Shown here one piece after another: positions 29,962 through 39,639 of a stretch of DNA of 64,000 bases. Location of the stretch: positions 64,001-128,000 of the forward strand of contig CAWCMR010000025.1 of NCBI GenBank assembly GCA_963796685.1, in the 5' to 3' direction. The notes beneath the pieces are model-generated. The model had not been told where the DNA came from, searched no databases, and saw only the letters and a program-made list of their open reading frames with translations. Within the stretch, counting starts at the first letter, position 1. Each line of letters begins with the position of its first letter. Position numbers and translations under genes: made by a program. The stretch comes from an uncultured delta proteobacterium. GTDB taxonomy: Bacteria; Myxococcota_A; Polyangia; Fen-1088.

Positions 29962-31246
29962 CTAGTTGACCTGCTCGCAGTAACCGTGGCTGCAAATCTG
30001 CCCTGCCTGGCAGGTCAGCAGGTCCGTGCAGGCCACGCATCCCGGAATGCTGGTTTTGTTGGTGGCCAGAAATTCGTAACTGCAATAACAGGGTTGGGCT
30101 GGATAGTAGTGTTTGAATACTGGCAGATCGGAGTCCTTGGTCACCCTCATCGCGCACTGGGGAACCACCCCGCCGGATGCGTAAATTGCATTGATATCGA
30201 AAGGGAGCTGGAGCGATGGATCGACGGGATTCCCTTGAAACCAGTCGATGACCTCTTTGGCCGCAGGATTGGTTGGCACACCATTGGCGTCGACCGCGGC
30301 CACCAACCTCAGGGTGCCCTGCAGAGTGTACCGCCCCTCGATGATATTGATTTTGTCGGTGCTGGTCATGCTGGAATCGGGCCAGTAGGCAAGCGTCTGG
30401 TTCACGCCCCGCACCTTCAGGCCGCGCACCAAATTCCGGTCCAGGTCGTAGAATTCGGTCGACGTGTATCCGATCGTGCGATCGGGCGAGGTGGCAGAGC
30501 CGACATCTCTGACCATCTGCTCGGCGGTGATGGTGTTGTTGCAGCCCTGCCCAATCAAGGGCGACAGGGACGCAGCGTTGGGGAACCCGATTCCCCGCGC
30601 GAACAGCTCGCGCATGCCGCTATTCGTACAGTTGTAATCGTAAATAAGCGCGCTATTCGTGAAAGTCAGGATGCCGCCGCCGCCTCCGCACACATAAAGG
30701 TTCTGCAGCTCCTCGGCCATGATATCGTTGTAGTAGGTGTAGGAGCTGGCCACGATGGGCACCAGGCCCTGGACCGGGCCCGAAAACTCGGCAAAGCCGG
30801 CAGGCAGGGATACCGGAACGCCTGTCCCCTGGTATGATTTCGAGCAGCTCGAGAACCCCACATCATTGATCACCAGATCGGGAATCTGGCCGAGCGTCGA
30901 ATTGCACGTGGTGGAGATGACCTTGCCCGGCTGATTGGGGTCTTCGCTGTAGTGCGTGTACACGTCCCGCGAAAGGCCCCCCCCCCGCAGGCGGTGGGTA
31001 GGCGAGATTCCAGGCCGAGCTGCAGCCCTCGCTGTTCTCGTTCCACAGTAGGGTTACGCCGACCTTCGTCAACCGCGCCCCGAAAAGCCGGATGACCGGG
31101 ACGACCGCCGTCGTTCCGGCCATGTACACCGTATTCGTCAGGGTCGAGCAATCGGGAACGCTCCCCTGCGCCAGGACGAGTCGCCCGGGTGCGGTGGCGA
31201 TGGCCATGCAAAATCCAGTGATGCCGATGATCTTTGCGCGAGTCAT
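29962..31246 (-). CDS. Secreted Cys-rich PstS-fold substrate-binding protein, family B (frameshift in G10 tract 30977-30986)
   Basis: GGAGG RBS and signal peptide; YMAGTTAVVP, IGYTS, KINIIEGRYTLQGTL, VVPQCAMRV, C..GYCE all shared with 53586..54884. Confidence 0.75.
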
Positions 31247-31335
31247 GCGAGAGAGACCTCCGCTTGCCTTAGGCACGAACTGCCTATAGCAACGGCAGAA
31301 TTGCCCGGTCAACACAAATGGTCGGCGGTGCGCAC

Positions 31336-31364
31336 CTGTAGCATATCCGTCACGATTCCGTTGC
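31336..31364 (+). promoter_or_regulatory. Pho-box-like triple repeat
   Basis: CTGTAGC-atat-CCGTCAC-gatt-CCGTTGC, 11-bp period. Orientation is opposite to the adjacent gene. Confidence 0.5.
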
Positions 31365-31433
31365 GTGCATACCCATGCGAAGAGGATTGCATTGGCTGTT
31401 CTTCCACCAGGACTGAAACGGTCCCCAAATAGG

Positions 31434-31466
31434 GAAAGGGGCGCCCATTTCTGGACGCCCCCTTTC
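31434..31466 (-). terminator. Hairpin downstream of 31511..34849
   Basis: gaaaggggcgccca...tggacgccccctttc inverted repeat. A second hairpin (ctagccg/cggctag) lies at 31474-31493. Confidence 0.55.
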
Positions 31467-31510
31467 AATCTAGCTAGCCGCTTGGCCGGCTAGTCTTTCG
31501 ACCCGTTCAA

Positions 31511-34500
31511 CTAGGGAACGAGGCCAGCAACGTAGCCGCTGTTGGACGCGGCAGTGAGGGTGACGTGGCTCCCCGTGAGCGAGCCCAGCGTCATGGTGCC
31601 CGAGAAGTTGCCACCGAAGGTGACCTTGTTGCTCGCGGCGGTGGCTACCGTCAGGTAGGCGGCGTTCTGGTTTCCGCCCGAGTCGCCGTAGCTCTGCGCG
31701 CAGAGGATTGCGCCAGTGGCTCCGTTGAGCTGGACCGTGAAGGCATCGGTCGAGGTGTTGCCGTTCGAAACCAGGCCACTGAGCCCAGTGAGGGTCCCCG
31801 TGAAGGCGCCGCCCATGAACACGTCGCCACTCGACGACAGGGCCAACGACAGGGCAGCCTGATCGAAGCCGGCATCACCGAAGGTGAAGCCCCACAGCGC
31901 CGAGGTCAGGCTGGAGCTCAGCTTGACCACGAAGCCATCGGTCTTGCCACTAGAGTTGAGGGTGCCCACGGGAGCGCCGAAGTTGGCGTTGACGCCGACG
32001 CCCACATCGCCCGCAATGATGACGTTCGAGCTGCTGTCCACGGCGATGCCCAAGACATCGGACACGGCGGCGGTGCCCCAGGTCTGGGCAGCCACGACGG
32101 TACCGGTGTTGTCCAGCTTGGCCACGTAGGGGAGGCCAATCGTGCCGGTGCCAACCGTGGGAAGCGAGAAGCCCGTGCCGAAGCTGAGCGTCCCGTTGTA
32201 GTTACCCGCGATGTACACGTTGCCGGTGGCGTCGATAGCCACCGATTGGCACTGCTGATCGCCCGCGCCACCGAACATCTTGCCCCACGCCACGTTGCCT
32301 GTGGTCGCGTCGACCACGGCCACCACGATGTCCGTGCTGCCACCGAAGGTCCCGGCGGTTCCGGTGAGCAACCCGGTGTTGGTGGTGCCAGTCCCGTAGA
32401 GGCCTGGCGACCTGCCGGTCTTGCCGCAGAGAGCGACGAGGTTGTTGGCGGGATTCGAGGCCGAGGCCAGGAACGCACCCGTGCCAAGGTCGACGTTGTG
32501 CGCCTTGATGGGCGTGATTTCCGGCATGACCGAGGCAGCGCTGGCCACCACGAAGTAGTTCATCGGTGCACCGATGGCCAAGGACGACTTCGAGAGGAAG
32601 TCGACATTGTCCGTACCGCCGGTCGCGGCAACCACCGATGGGGTGAAGTCGATCTCGGTGACGTAGACGCCGGCCACGAGCACGTTGCCGTTCTGGGTGG
32701 CTGCCACGAGGTTACCCGTCTGATCCGCACCGCCGACGTAGCCGAAGGTGAAGCTTTGGGTCGCGAGACCCGTAGCCGGGTTCAGCTTGTTCAGGTAGGC
32801 ATCCGAGCTGCTGGTCGAGCTGACGGTGCCGGCGCCGAAGTTGAACGGGTTGTAGATCGAGCCCGTGCTCCAGATGGTGCCGTCGGCAGCGCTGGTCAAG
32901 CCAGAGAGCAGCGGGTCGGTCCCCACGGCGAACCCGGGACCCAGACAGACGATCGGGTCGCAGTGTCCGGTGGCCGGCGTGCAGGAGAAGCCCGCGTTGC
33001 AGGAGATCGCAGTGCCGCCGCAAGCGCCGGCGGTGCAGACATCACCCGTGGTGCACAGGCTGTTGTCGTTGCAGGTGGTGCCGTCGGTCGCGTTGGCGAG
33101 GCCACAAGCGCCACTGGTGGCGTTGCAGGTCGCGACCTGGCACGCATTGCCAGCCGGGCAGACCTTGGCGGTACCGCCGCACACGCCGGCCGTGCAGACA
33201 TCGCCGCTGGTGCAGGCGCTGCTGTCGTTGCAGGTCGTGTTGTCGGCCTTGGGCGCGAGCGCGCACAGACCGGTCGCGGGAACGCAGGCGTTGCTGTGGC
33301 ACTGATCAGCGGCGTTCGGATCGCAGGTGACCTGGGTGTCGACGTGGCAGACACCAGCGAGGCAGGAGGCGGCCTGGACGCACTTGTTGGCAGCACCCGC
33401 GGTCGAGGTGCAGTTCGTGCCGTCGGGCTGGCCGTTGCACACGCTGTTGAGCGGGACCAGGGTGAAGACATGCGAGGTCGAGGCTCCGGAGGTGCTGCAG
33501 GTAGCGGCCACGGTGACCGTCACGACCGAGCCATCCTCGGCGCCAGGCTGCGCGGTGTAGGTCACGGCGCCGGTGAACACGGTCCCATCCAGACCGAGAG
33601 CGGCCGGGGTCGTGGGCGTGAGCGCGGTGCTGTCCGAGGCAGTCCAGACCAAGCTGAGCGTGCCGGTGCAGCCCTGGTTGGCCACGATGGCCAAACCGAC
33701 CACATCGCCACCCTTGATAGTGGTGAGCGACTGGTAGTCGTAGCCGAACACGGGGCCGCCGACCACGGCCGGACCGGAGACCGGCAAGCTGAGGTGGTTG
33801 GTGATCACGCCGCCCTTGGGGGTATTGTCCGGGAAGTTGCCGTCATCCACGCGCACGAGGAAGGTGCACTCGCTCATGGTCGAGGTGCTGGCGAGCGTGA
33901 AGGTGGTGGTCGGCTTGTTCGGCGTCACCGACCCGAAGGCACCCACGCAGGTCCCGCTGCCATCTGCGTTCGGCCCCACGGTCCACAGGTAGTGGAGAGC
34001 GTCGCCGTCCGCGTCGGACGCGGTCACGGTCAACGTCGTCGGAGCGCCCTTCACGAGGGGGACCGGCGTAGCATCGAGACCCGTGATCACCGGGTAGGTG
34101 TCCAGGTTGGCCGTGATCTTCGCACTGCCCGTGGCGGCCGCCGAGCCCACCTGGATGGTGAGCGAGGCGACGTTCTTGAGCACGCCGTTGGCATCCGTCA
34201 CGGTCACATTGACCGCGCAGGGACCATCGGCGGCCGGGGCGGTGAAGGTCACCATGGAGGTGCCATCGACCGAGTCGCTGCCCACGGTGTTCGTGGGGGC
34301 GGTGACGCTGCCACAAGTGGCGGCCCACGCCCAGCCCATGGCGGCGGTCTGGCCGGCATCCGGGTCATGGGCGCTGGCCTTGATGGTGACCGTGTCGGTC
34401 TGGGAGACCAAGAGCGAGGTCGCGGTGAGCGAGTCGATCACGGGAGCCTCGTTCGAGATGGCGACGCCCGGAGCAACCTGGTTCATGTCGATGATGACCG

Positions 34501-34849
34501 CGGCGGTCTGGTTCTTGGTGATGGTCACGTTCGTCGCGGCGCCGTGATAGAGCTCGGTGCTGGACGCGTCCTTCGCCGAGGCGGTGAAGACGTAGTTGGT
34601 GCCGACAGGGAGATCGCTGACGAGAGCGCCGTACTGGGTACCGTGGCCCACGAGCGGAACGGTGAGCGGGGTGGGAATGCCACCCGTGATGGTGACGGTC
34701 ACGCTCGACACGTCAGCGGTTGAGAGCATCTTGGCGGCGTTGATAGAAGCCGAGCCCTTGTCAGAGCCTTGGCCCTTGCCACAGCCAACCATACCGATAG
34801 CCACCACGCCGAGCGCGGCAGCCATCCATGTCATTCGATTACGAAGCAT
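31511..34849 (-). CDS. Surface lipoprotein: Ig/PKD-like stalk, Cys-rich CNDxxxCTxxDxC repeats and beta-propeller (SBBP-like) head
   Basis: AAGGAGG RBS; lipobox MVGC; AHDPDAGQT stalk motif; repeats such as VAIDATGNVYIAG and IAVDSSSNVIIAG. Confidence 0.88.
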   Translation of the reverse strand: MLRNRMTWMAAALGVVAIGMVGCGKGQGSDKGSASINAAKMLSTADVSSVTVTITGGIPTPLTVPLVGHGTQYGALVSDLPVGTNYVFTASAKDASSTELYHGAATNVTITKNQTAAVIIDMNQVAPGVAISNEAPVIDSLTATSLLVSQTDTVTIKASAHDPDAGQTAAMGWAWAATCGSVTAPTNTVGSDSVDGTSMVTFTAPAADGPCAVNVTVTDANGVLKNVASLTIQVGSAAATGSAKITANLDTYPVITGLDATPVPLVKGAPTTLTVTASDADGDALHYLWTVGPNADGSGTCVGAFGSVTPNKPTTTFTLASTSTMSECTFLVRVDDGNFPDNTPKGGVITNHLSLPVSGPAVVGGPVFGYDYQSLTTIKGGDVVGLAIVANQGCTGTLSLVWTASDSTALTPTTPAALGLDGTVFTGAVTYTAQPGAEDGSVVTVTVAATCSTSGASTSHVFTLVPLNSVCNGQPDGTNCTSTAGAANKCVQAASCLAGVCHVDTQVTCDPNAADQCHSNACVPATGLCALAPKADNTTCNDSSACTSGDVCTAGVCGGTAKVCPAGNACQVATCNATSGACGLANATDGTTCNDNSLCTTGDVCTAGACGGTAISCNAGFSCTPATGHCDPIVCLGPGFAVGTDPLLSGLTSAADGTIWSTGSIYNPFNFGAGTVSSTSSSDAYLNKLNPATGLATQSFTFGYVGGADQTGNLVAATQNGNVLVAGVYVTEIDFTPSVVAATGGTDNVDFLSKSSLAIGAPMNYFVVASAASVMPEITPIKAHNVDLGTGAFLASASNPANNLVALCGKTGRSPGLYGTGTTNTGLLTGTAGTFGGSTDIVVAVVDATTGNVAWGKMFGGAGDQQCQSVAIDATGNVYIAGNYNGTLSFGTGFSLPTVGTGTIGLPYVAKLDNTGTVVAAQTWGTAAVSDVLGIAVDSSSNVIIAGDVGVGVNANFGAPVGTLNSSGKTDGFVVKLSSSLTSALWGFTFGDAGFDQAALSLALSSSGDVFMGGAFTGTLTGLSGLVSNGNTSTDAFTVQLNGATGAILCAQSYGDSGGNQNAAYLTVATAASNKVTFGGNFSGTMTLGSLTGSHVTLTAASNSGYVAGLVP

Positions 34850-34911
34850 TGGTGTCCTCCTTGGATACTTTCGATTTCGTAGCTGTTTGAGTTATCTGTT
34901 GTCTGTCTGAA

Positions 34912-34945
34912 GTCCCGCCCCCTGGTAGGTTCCAGGAGGCGAGAC
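34912..34945 (-). other. Stable stem-loop between the PstS-like gene and the downstream surface-protein gene
   Basis: Minus strand GTCTCGCCTCCTGG-aaccta-CCAGGGGGCGGGAC, with no long U tract. Confidence 0.6.
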
Positions 34946-34999
34946 ACTGTCCTCGACTCGCAACGCCGCCGTCAGGCATTTGAGGTGTGATCGCGCCTA

Positions 35000-36904
35000 C
35001 TACTGGCAGATACCACCACCAACGCCGAAACCATCGTCGACGCAGGTGCCGCTGGTGCACTTGGCGCCCAAGTTGCAGCCGTAGTTCGAGGCCAGGGCCG
35101 GCATGACAGGACATACGCTGGTGTTGACCGGGTTGCCGCAAGTGAGCGGGGTTCCGGTGCCGACCTGTCCGTTGGCCACGCAGGGATAGCTGGCGTTGCA
35201 GGCGTTGTTCGAGGTCTCATCGCCGATGTTCTGCTTCGGCGTGCCCACGCCAGCGGTCAGGGTCCCGCAGGTGAGGGTGGTATTGAAGGGTGCGATCAGA
35301 CAAGACGTGTTGCCACAGGCTTCCGCATCGCCGGGGGCGATGGAGCCTTCCCACTTGGCGTAGAAACCACGGTTGATGTCGATGTTCTGCACTCCGCCGT
35401 GGTTGATGTCGAAGGTATCCCCGCCCACGGTGAGAGCGACGGGACATTGACTGCTCTGGGCGAAATGCCAGAGCGTCGCTTCCTCGTCCTTGCGGCCGGC
35501 AACCTCGCCTGGGTTCGTGGCAGGACAGCCGGCTGTGTTGCCGACGTCGATGCCGTAGGGGTTCTCCAGGTACAAGCGGCGGGAGAACAGGTAAGCACCC
35601 TTGTAGATGTTGGGCAGGAAGGTCGTGGTGACGGTGTTGATGTTGGTGACCGCGTTCGGGGTGCACGGAGACGTCCTGGAAGCCGCGCCCGCGACCCCGA
35701 CGAGCTGTCCCAGGGCATCGTTGGCGACGCGCAAACCAATCGATTCGGTGATGTCGGCATTGTGCTGGTTGGGACCGGCACAACCAGCTTTCGACGCTCC
35801 CGCCGACCCATTGTCGTTCTCGGAGAGGGCGACGACGACACCCTGCGAGCACTTGAGCGGCTGGCTGTACGAGTTGGCGATGGTGGTCCCTCGGACGACG
35901 ATCGAACCGTTGGCGGGGACGTCAGCATCGCCAGCCTGACAGTTTTGGCTGGTGGGGTAGTACGTGCAGCGGGTGAGCGCGGTCGTGCCCGTTCCCGGCA
36001 TGCAGGAACGACGGATGGGATCCAGATCCTCGTTGGTGACGTTGGAGCCGGGCAGGTTGTTGTTGCCCTCGGACTTGCCGTTGCACCAACGGTCGATATT
36101 CAGCTTTTCGCGGAAGGTGTCCTGGGTGCCGGACTTGTCGTCGCGGCGCAGGATGTGCTCGATGTGGCCCGAGCCTTCGCACGAGGGACTGGCGAGGTAG
36201 GCAAGGAGGCACTCGCGGCAAGGATCCGCGCACTCCGCCGTCGTGGCCTCGCTCTTGACATTGCTGCCCTGCGGATAGCCGCCAAGGATGACGCCCATGG
36301 CGCTGAGCACCGGGCTGCCGGTCCCGACCTTGGGGCATTGGGCCGCGCAGGTGGCCGGAACGCCATCGTCGAGATCGATGCACTGGCCGGTCTTCTGCTT
36401 GAACGTCCAGACCGCGGCGTCGATGGCGATGACGTTGTCCTTGCTCACCGGCTGCCATACGGAGGTGTGGCCGTCGATGACCGACTGCTGAAAATTGCGC
36501 GACATGGGGCCGATGCACTGCGCGTACGTACCCGTCACACCCGAGTCGCCCGCGGTGTAGCGCAGGTTGGTTTCGGCCTGGCCCGAGCCGGCATTGATGT
36601 AGACCAGACACGCGCCGGACTGAGCGATCAGGTCGTGCTGGAGGTCGGTCTCGGTGTCCGAGCCGGCATAGGGGAAGCAGCCCCGGGCGGGGTTACTGGG
36701 GTTGTACTTGGCTCCGCAAGCCACCGCCGTGGCGTGAGGCATGTAGCCCGCGAATCCCGGGATGGCCAACACGCTCGGATCCAGCGTTTCGTCGGGACAC
36801 GTCGTCTGGGCCAGTGCCGTTCCGCTTCCGATGGCCAGCACGGCCATGGACGTCGGGATCGCGATCCCGATCATCCTCGTCATACTCTTTCTCGTCGATA
36901 TCAT
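35000..36904 (-). CDS. Secreted Cys-rich PstS-fold phosphate-binding-like protein, family A
   Basis: AAGGAGG RBS; signal peptide ALA/Q; PstS motifs AGSDT, GSGQA, MSR, IAIDA, RRDDKSGTQDTF, YLFSRRLY. Confidence 0.8.
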   Translation of the reverse strand: MISTRKSMTRMIGIAIPTSMAVLAIGSGTALAQTTCPDETLDPSVLAIPGFAGYMPHATAVACGAKYNPSNPARGCFPYAGSDTETDLQHDLIAQSGACLVYINAGSGQAETNLRYTAGDSGVTGTYAQCIGPMSRNFQQSVIDGHTSVWQPVSKDNVIAIDAAVWTFKQKTGQCIDLDDGVPATCAAQCPKVGTGSPVLSAMGVILGGYPQGSNVKSEATTAECADPCRECLLAYLASPSCEGSGHIEHILRRDDKSGTQDTFREKLNIDRWCNGKSEGNNNLPGSNVTNEDLDPIRRSCMPGTGTTALTRCTYYPTSQNCQAGDADVPANGSIVVRGTTIANSYSQPLKCSQGVVVALSENDNGSAGASKAGCAGPNQHNADITESIGLRVANDALGQLVGVAGAASRTSPCTPNAVTNINTVTTTFLPNIYKGAYLFSRRLYLENPYGIDVGNTAGCPATNPGEVAGRKDEEATLWHFAQSSQCPVALTVGGDTFDINHGGVQNIDINRGFYAKWEGSIAPGDAEACGNTSCLIAPFNTTLTCGTLTAGVGTPKQNIGDETSNNACNASYPCVANGQVGTGTPLTCGNPVNTSVCPVMPALASNYGCNLGAKCTSGTCVDDGFGVGGGICQ

Positions 36905-37075
36905 TGTCTGCCTCCTTCGTGGACCTGTTCTCTTTGCGAATGAACCGTTTCTTCAGCTCTCGAAGCCTTGTGGCGTTGCTCTCCAGCGCGAACGCCTTGA
37001 TGGCTCTTCCACACTTGCGGCCAAGCAAATACCACTATGCAAGCGCGAAGTGTGTGAGGCATTTGCCAAGTCTTC

Positions 37076-37093
37076 GTTACGGTCGCATGACAC
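37076..37093 (-). promoter_or_regulatory. Pho-box-like site upstream of the PstS-like gene
   Basis: Minus strand GTGTCAT-gcga-CCGTAAC, versus the canonical CTGTCAT-N4-CTGT(C/A)A(C/T). Confidence 0.55.
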
Positions 37094-37215
37094 CGTCTCA
37101 GCCCCCCCCTCCTCCCCACCAGAGCTCGAGATCTCCTCAAGTGAGCGGGTGACCCGCTCTTTTCGCTCATTGACGCTAACCACCTCTAGCTTGTTTATGT
37201 GGCTTGGAGAACCAG

Positions 37216-37266
37216 TTGTGACCGAATTGCAAACTCGCCGAAACACTCCTGTCACAGTCGCGCAAA
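37216..37266 (+). promoter_or_regulatory. Degenerate 11-bp-period array upstream of the TPR operon
   Basis: TTGTGAC/TTGCAAA/CCGAAAC/CTGTCAC/GCGCAAA at 37216, 37227, 37238, 37249, 37260. Confidence 0.4.
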
Positions 37267-37342
37267 GGCCCTATTCCCCCCTTGATTCACTCCAAGTCTC
37301 GGAATGATAGTTCGCATCGCTTTGCGAGGAGGTTCCGCACCC

Positions 37343-38110
37343 ATGTGTCGTAGTCGTCGATTGCTGCAAACTCTGGCCCTCGTCCTGGCGCTCTTCCAAG
37401 CACTCGCCAGCGCACCTGCGTACGCGCGCCGGGCAGGCGAAGGCGAAACCGCGCGCGCCGAACGCACGCAGGGCACGGTGGCTCTCAATCTCGGCAACTA
37501 CGACGACGCCGTCGAACATTTTTCCCGTGCCTACAGCCTCACGCAAGATCCAGCTCTTCTCTTCAGCTTGGCTCAGGCCTATCGTCTCGGTGGCAAGGCC
37601 GACAAGGCTCTCGCTACTTACAGCGCGTTTTTGCGCGCGGCGGGTGGCAGCCCCAAATACCGGGGCCAAATCGAACGAGCCGCGGCGGAAATCGAGAGCA
37701 TCACCTCGTTCATGCTCAATCATCCCGTCGATTCCCGGCCGGTCGAAAAGGCGGGTCCCATGGTCGAGGTGACCCCGCCCGCCGTTCCGGTTACGAAGGA
37801 CGAGAGCGAGCCAGCGGCGGTCGTTGGGAAAGAGCCCGAGGAGGTGAGGCCACCCGACCTCCTCGCGGCCAAGCTCGAGCCGCCGGCGTTGCTGCCCAAG
37901 CCGGAACCCGCGCCGCCGCCCGCTGTCGACTTTGCCGCCGAGAGGAAAGCGCCCCCACAACCTTCGCCCCGCCCGATCTATAAACGCTGGTGGTTCTTGA
38001 CGTCGACTGCGGTGGTTCTCGTGGCGGGTGGCGCGGCGGCATGGTGGTACACGCGGCCCATCAATCAAACACCCGGCTCCACCTACGGAGCGGTCAGGGT
38101 GCTCCCGTGA
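37343..38110 (+). CDS. Exported TPR protein with Pro-rich linker and C-terminal membrane segment
   Basis: GAGGAGG RBS; LGNYDDAVEHFSRAY..DPALLFSLAQAYR; PIYKRWWF followed by a hydrophobic stretch. Confidence 0.8.
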   Translation: MCRSRRLLQTLALVLALFQALASAPAYARRAGEGETARAERTQGTVALNLGNYDDAVEHFSRAYSLTQDPALLFSLAQAYRLGGKADKALATYSAFLRAAGGSPKYRGQIERAAAEIESITSFMLNHPVDSRPVEKAGPMVEVTPPAVPVTKDESEPAAVVGKEPEEVRPPDLLAAKLEPPALLPKPEPAPPPAVDFAAERKAPPQPSPRPIYKRWWFLTSTAVVLVAGGAAAWWYTRPINQTPGSTYGAVRVLP

Positions 38111-39636
38111 CCCGGCGGGCACTGCGATTTTCGGCCATCGTGCTGCTGCTGGCTTCCTGTCGCCGTGACAGGGACTCTTACATCGTTCTCCACAACGACG
38201 TGAATTGCGATGTGCCGCGTGTATTCCAATTGCTCGTGACCATTCAAAATAGCGGTGTCTCGGATCAAAAGTTGATCCCTGCCGTGCCCTCGACGGAGCT
38301 AGGCTTCCCGAGCTCGATTGTTCTCGACTTGCCAAGCTCGCGCGGTGGTGTCGTGGATGTGGTCGTGGAGGCGATCGACAACAAGTATCAATCCATCGGC
38401 CAGGGAACGGCGAGCGGGACGATCGAGTCGGGCGGACGGCTGGACCTTCAGGTCCAGATCGCGGCGGCCATCGTAACCGGCCCGGTGGTCGAGCCCGCAA
38501 GCCCCGGCGTCGATGGCGGGATGGGAATCGATGGTTCGCTCAACGGTTCCGATGGGGTCCGATCCGACGCCTTGGTCGGCAATGGTGTCCCCTTCGTCAG
38601 GATGGCAGTCGGCGCGATGAGTAGCTGCAGCATTCGCTCCGACACCAGCTTGTGGTGCTGGGGGAACAACACCTATGGCCAACTCCGCCTTTCGGGGACC
38701 ACCGACCGACTGACCCCGATCGAGGTGTCTGGGCTTTCCTGGTCTGCCGTTTCGTGCGGGCAAACCCACGCGTGCGGGCTTCGCGTCGACGGGACCTTGT
38801 CATGCTGGGGCAACAACGGCTCCGGCCAACTGGGCGTGGCCACGACCACCACGTCGAACCAGCAGACCGAGGTTGCGAACGGCCCCTGGCAAAGCGTCTC
38901 CGCCGGAAGTTACCAGACGTGTGCTATCAAAACCGACGCCACGCTGTGGTGTTGGGGCGACAACACCAACGGACAATTGGGAACCGGCAGTACCGTTCCG
39001 AGCACGGATCCTCTTCAGGTCCTCGGCGCTGGCTGGAGCCAAGTCAGCACGGGCTATCTGCACACCTGCGCTCTGAAACAAGACGGCACCCTGTGGTGTT
39101 GGGGCCTCAACGCCGACCTCCAGCTCGGCAATCCCTCCGTTGCCTTCCTCATGTCGCCGGGACAGGTCGCGGGAAGTGACTGGACGCAAGTCACGACCGG
39201 GCTCTACCATACCTGTGCCTTGAAGCAAGACGGGAGCCTGTGGTGTTGGGGAGGCAACTACAAGGGCCAGCTCGGAAACGCCGGCGTTCCGGCCCAGGAC
39301 AATTCCAAGACCAGTGATGCCGTGCAGGTCGCGGGCGCATGGTTGAGCGTTTCGGCGGGTCAGTCGCACACTTGCGGCATCATGAGCGACCAATCTCTGT
39401 GGTGTTGGGGAGACGATACGCAGGGACAGCTCGGCGATGCGAAGGAGACCCCCCAAAGCGCGCCCGTGGCCATCGGGGTCCCGGGTCAGACCTGGCAGGC
39501 CGTGGCAGCGGGTTTGGCCCATACCTGTGGATTGGCGCCAGGTGGAACGCTCTGGTGCTGGGGCAGTGACGCCAACGGACAGCTTGGCATCGGCTCGCTC
39601 GAATGGCGCCAGGTCCCCACCCTGGTCACGCAATAG
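38107..39636 (+). CDS. Lipoprotein with 7 RCC1-like repeats
   Basis: GTGA overlap; lipobox LLASC; seven HTC..DG.LWCWG.N..GQLG units. Confidence 0.88.
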   Translation: MTRRALRFSAIVLLLASCRRDRDSYIVLHNDVNCDVPRVFQLLVTIQNSGVSDQKLIPAVPSTELGFPSSIVLDLPSSRGGVVDVVVEAIDNKYQSIGQGTASGTIESGGRLDLQVQIAAAIVTGPVVEPASPGVDGGMGIDGSLNGSDGVRSDALVGNGVPFVRMAVGAMSSCSIRSDTSLWCWGNNTYGQLRLSGTTDRLTPIEVSGLSWSAVSCGQTHACGLRVDGTLSCWGNNGSGQLGVATTTTSNQQTEVANGPWQSVSAGSYQTCAIKTDATLWCWGDNTNGQLGTGSTVPSTDPLQVLGAGWSQVSTGYLHTCALKQDGTLWCWGLNADLQLGNPSVAFLMSPGQVAGSDWTQVTTGLYHTCALKQDGSLWCWGGNYKGQLGNAGVPAQDNSKTSDAVQVAGAWLSVSAGQSHTCGIMSDQSLWCWGDDTQGQLGDAKETPQSAPVAIGVPGQTWQAVAAGLAHTCGLAPGGTLWCWGSDANGQLGIGSLEWRQVPTLVTQ

Positions 39637-39639
39637 AGG

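Noticed and set aside
31565-34723. 1052-aa plus-strand ORF and other long antisense or alternate-frame ORFs (e.g. 2951..4435, 35399..36943, 38800..40269, 40572..42284)
   Set aside because: These are shadow ORFs of real genes in GC-rich DNA, with Arg/Gly/His-rich composition and no motifs.
34997-35002. TAG TAG (and TAG TAA at 46860-46865) as possible stop-codon recoding
   Set aside because: Both paralogs end at the same residue with tandem stops, which indicates firm termination. No recoding machinery is seen.
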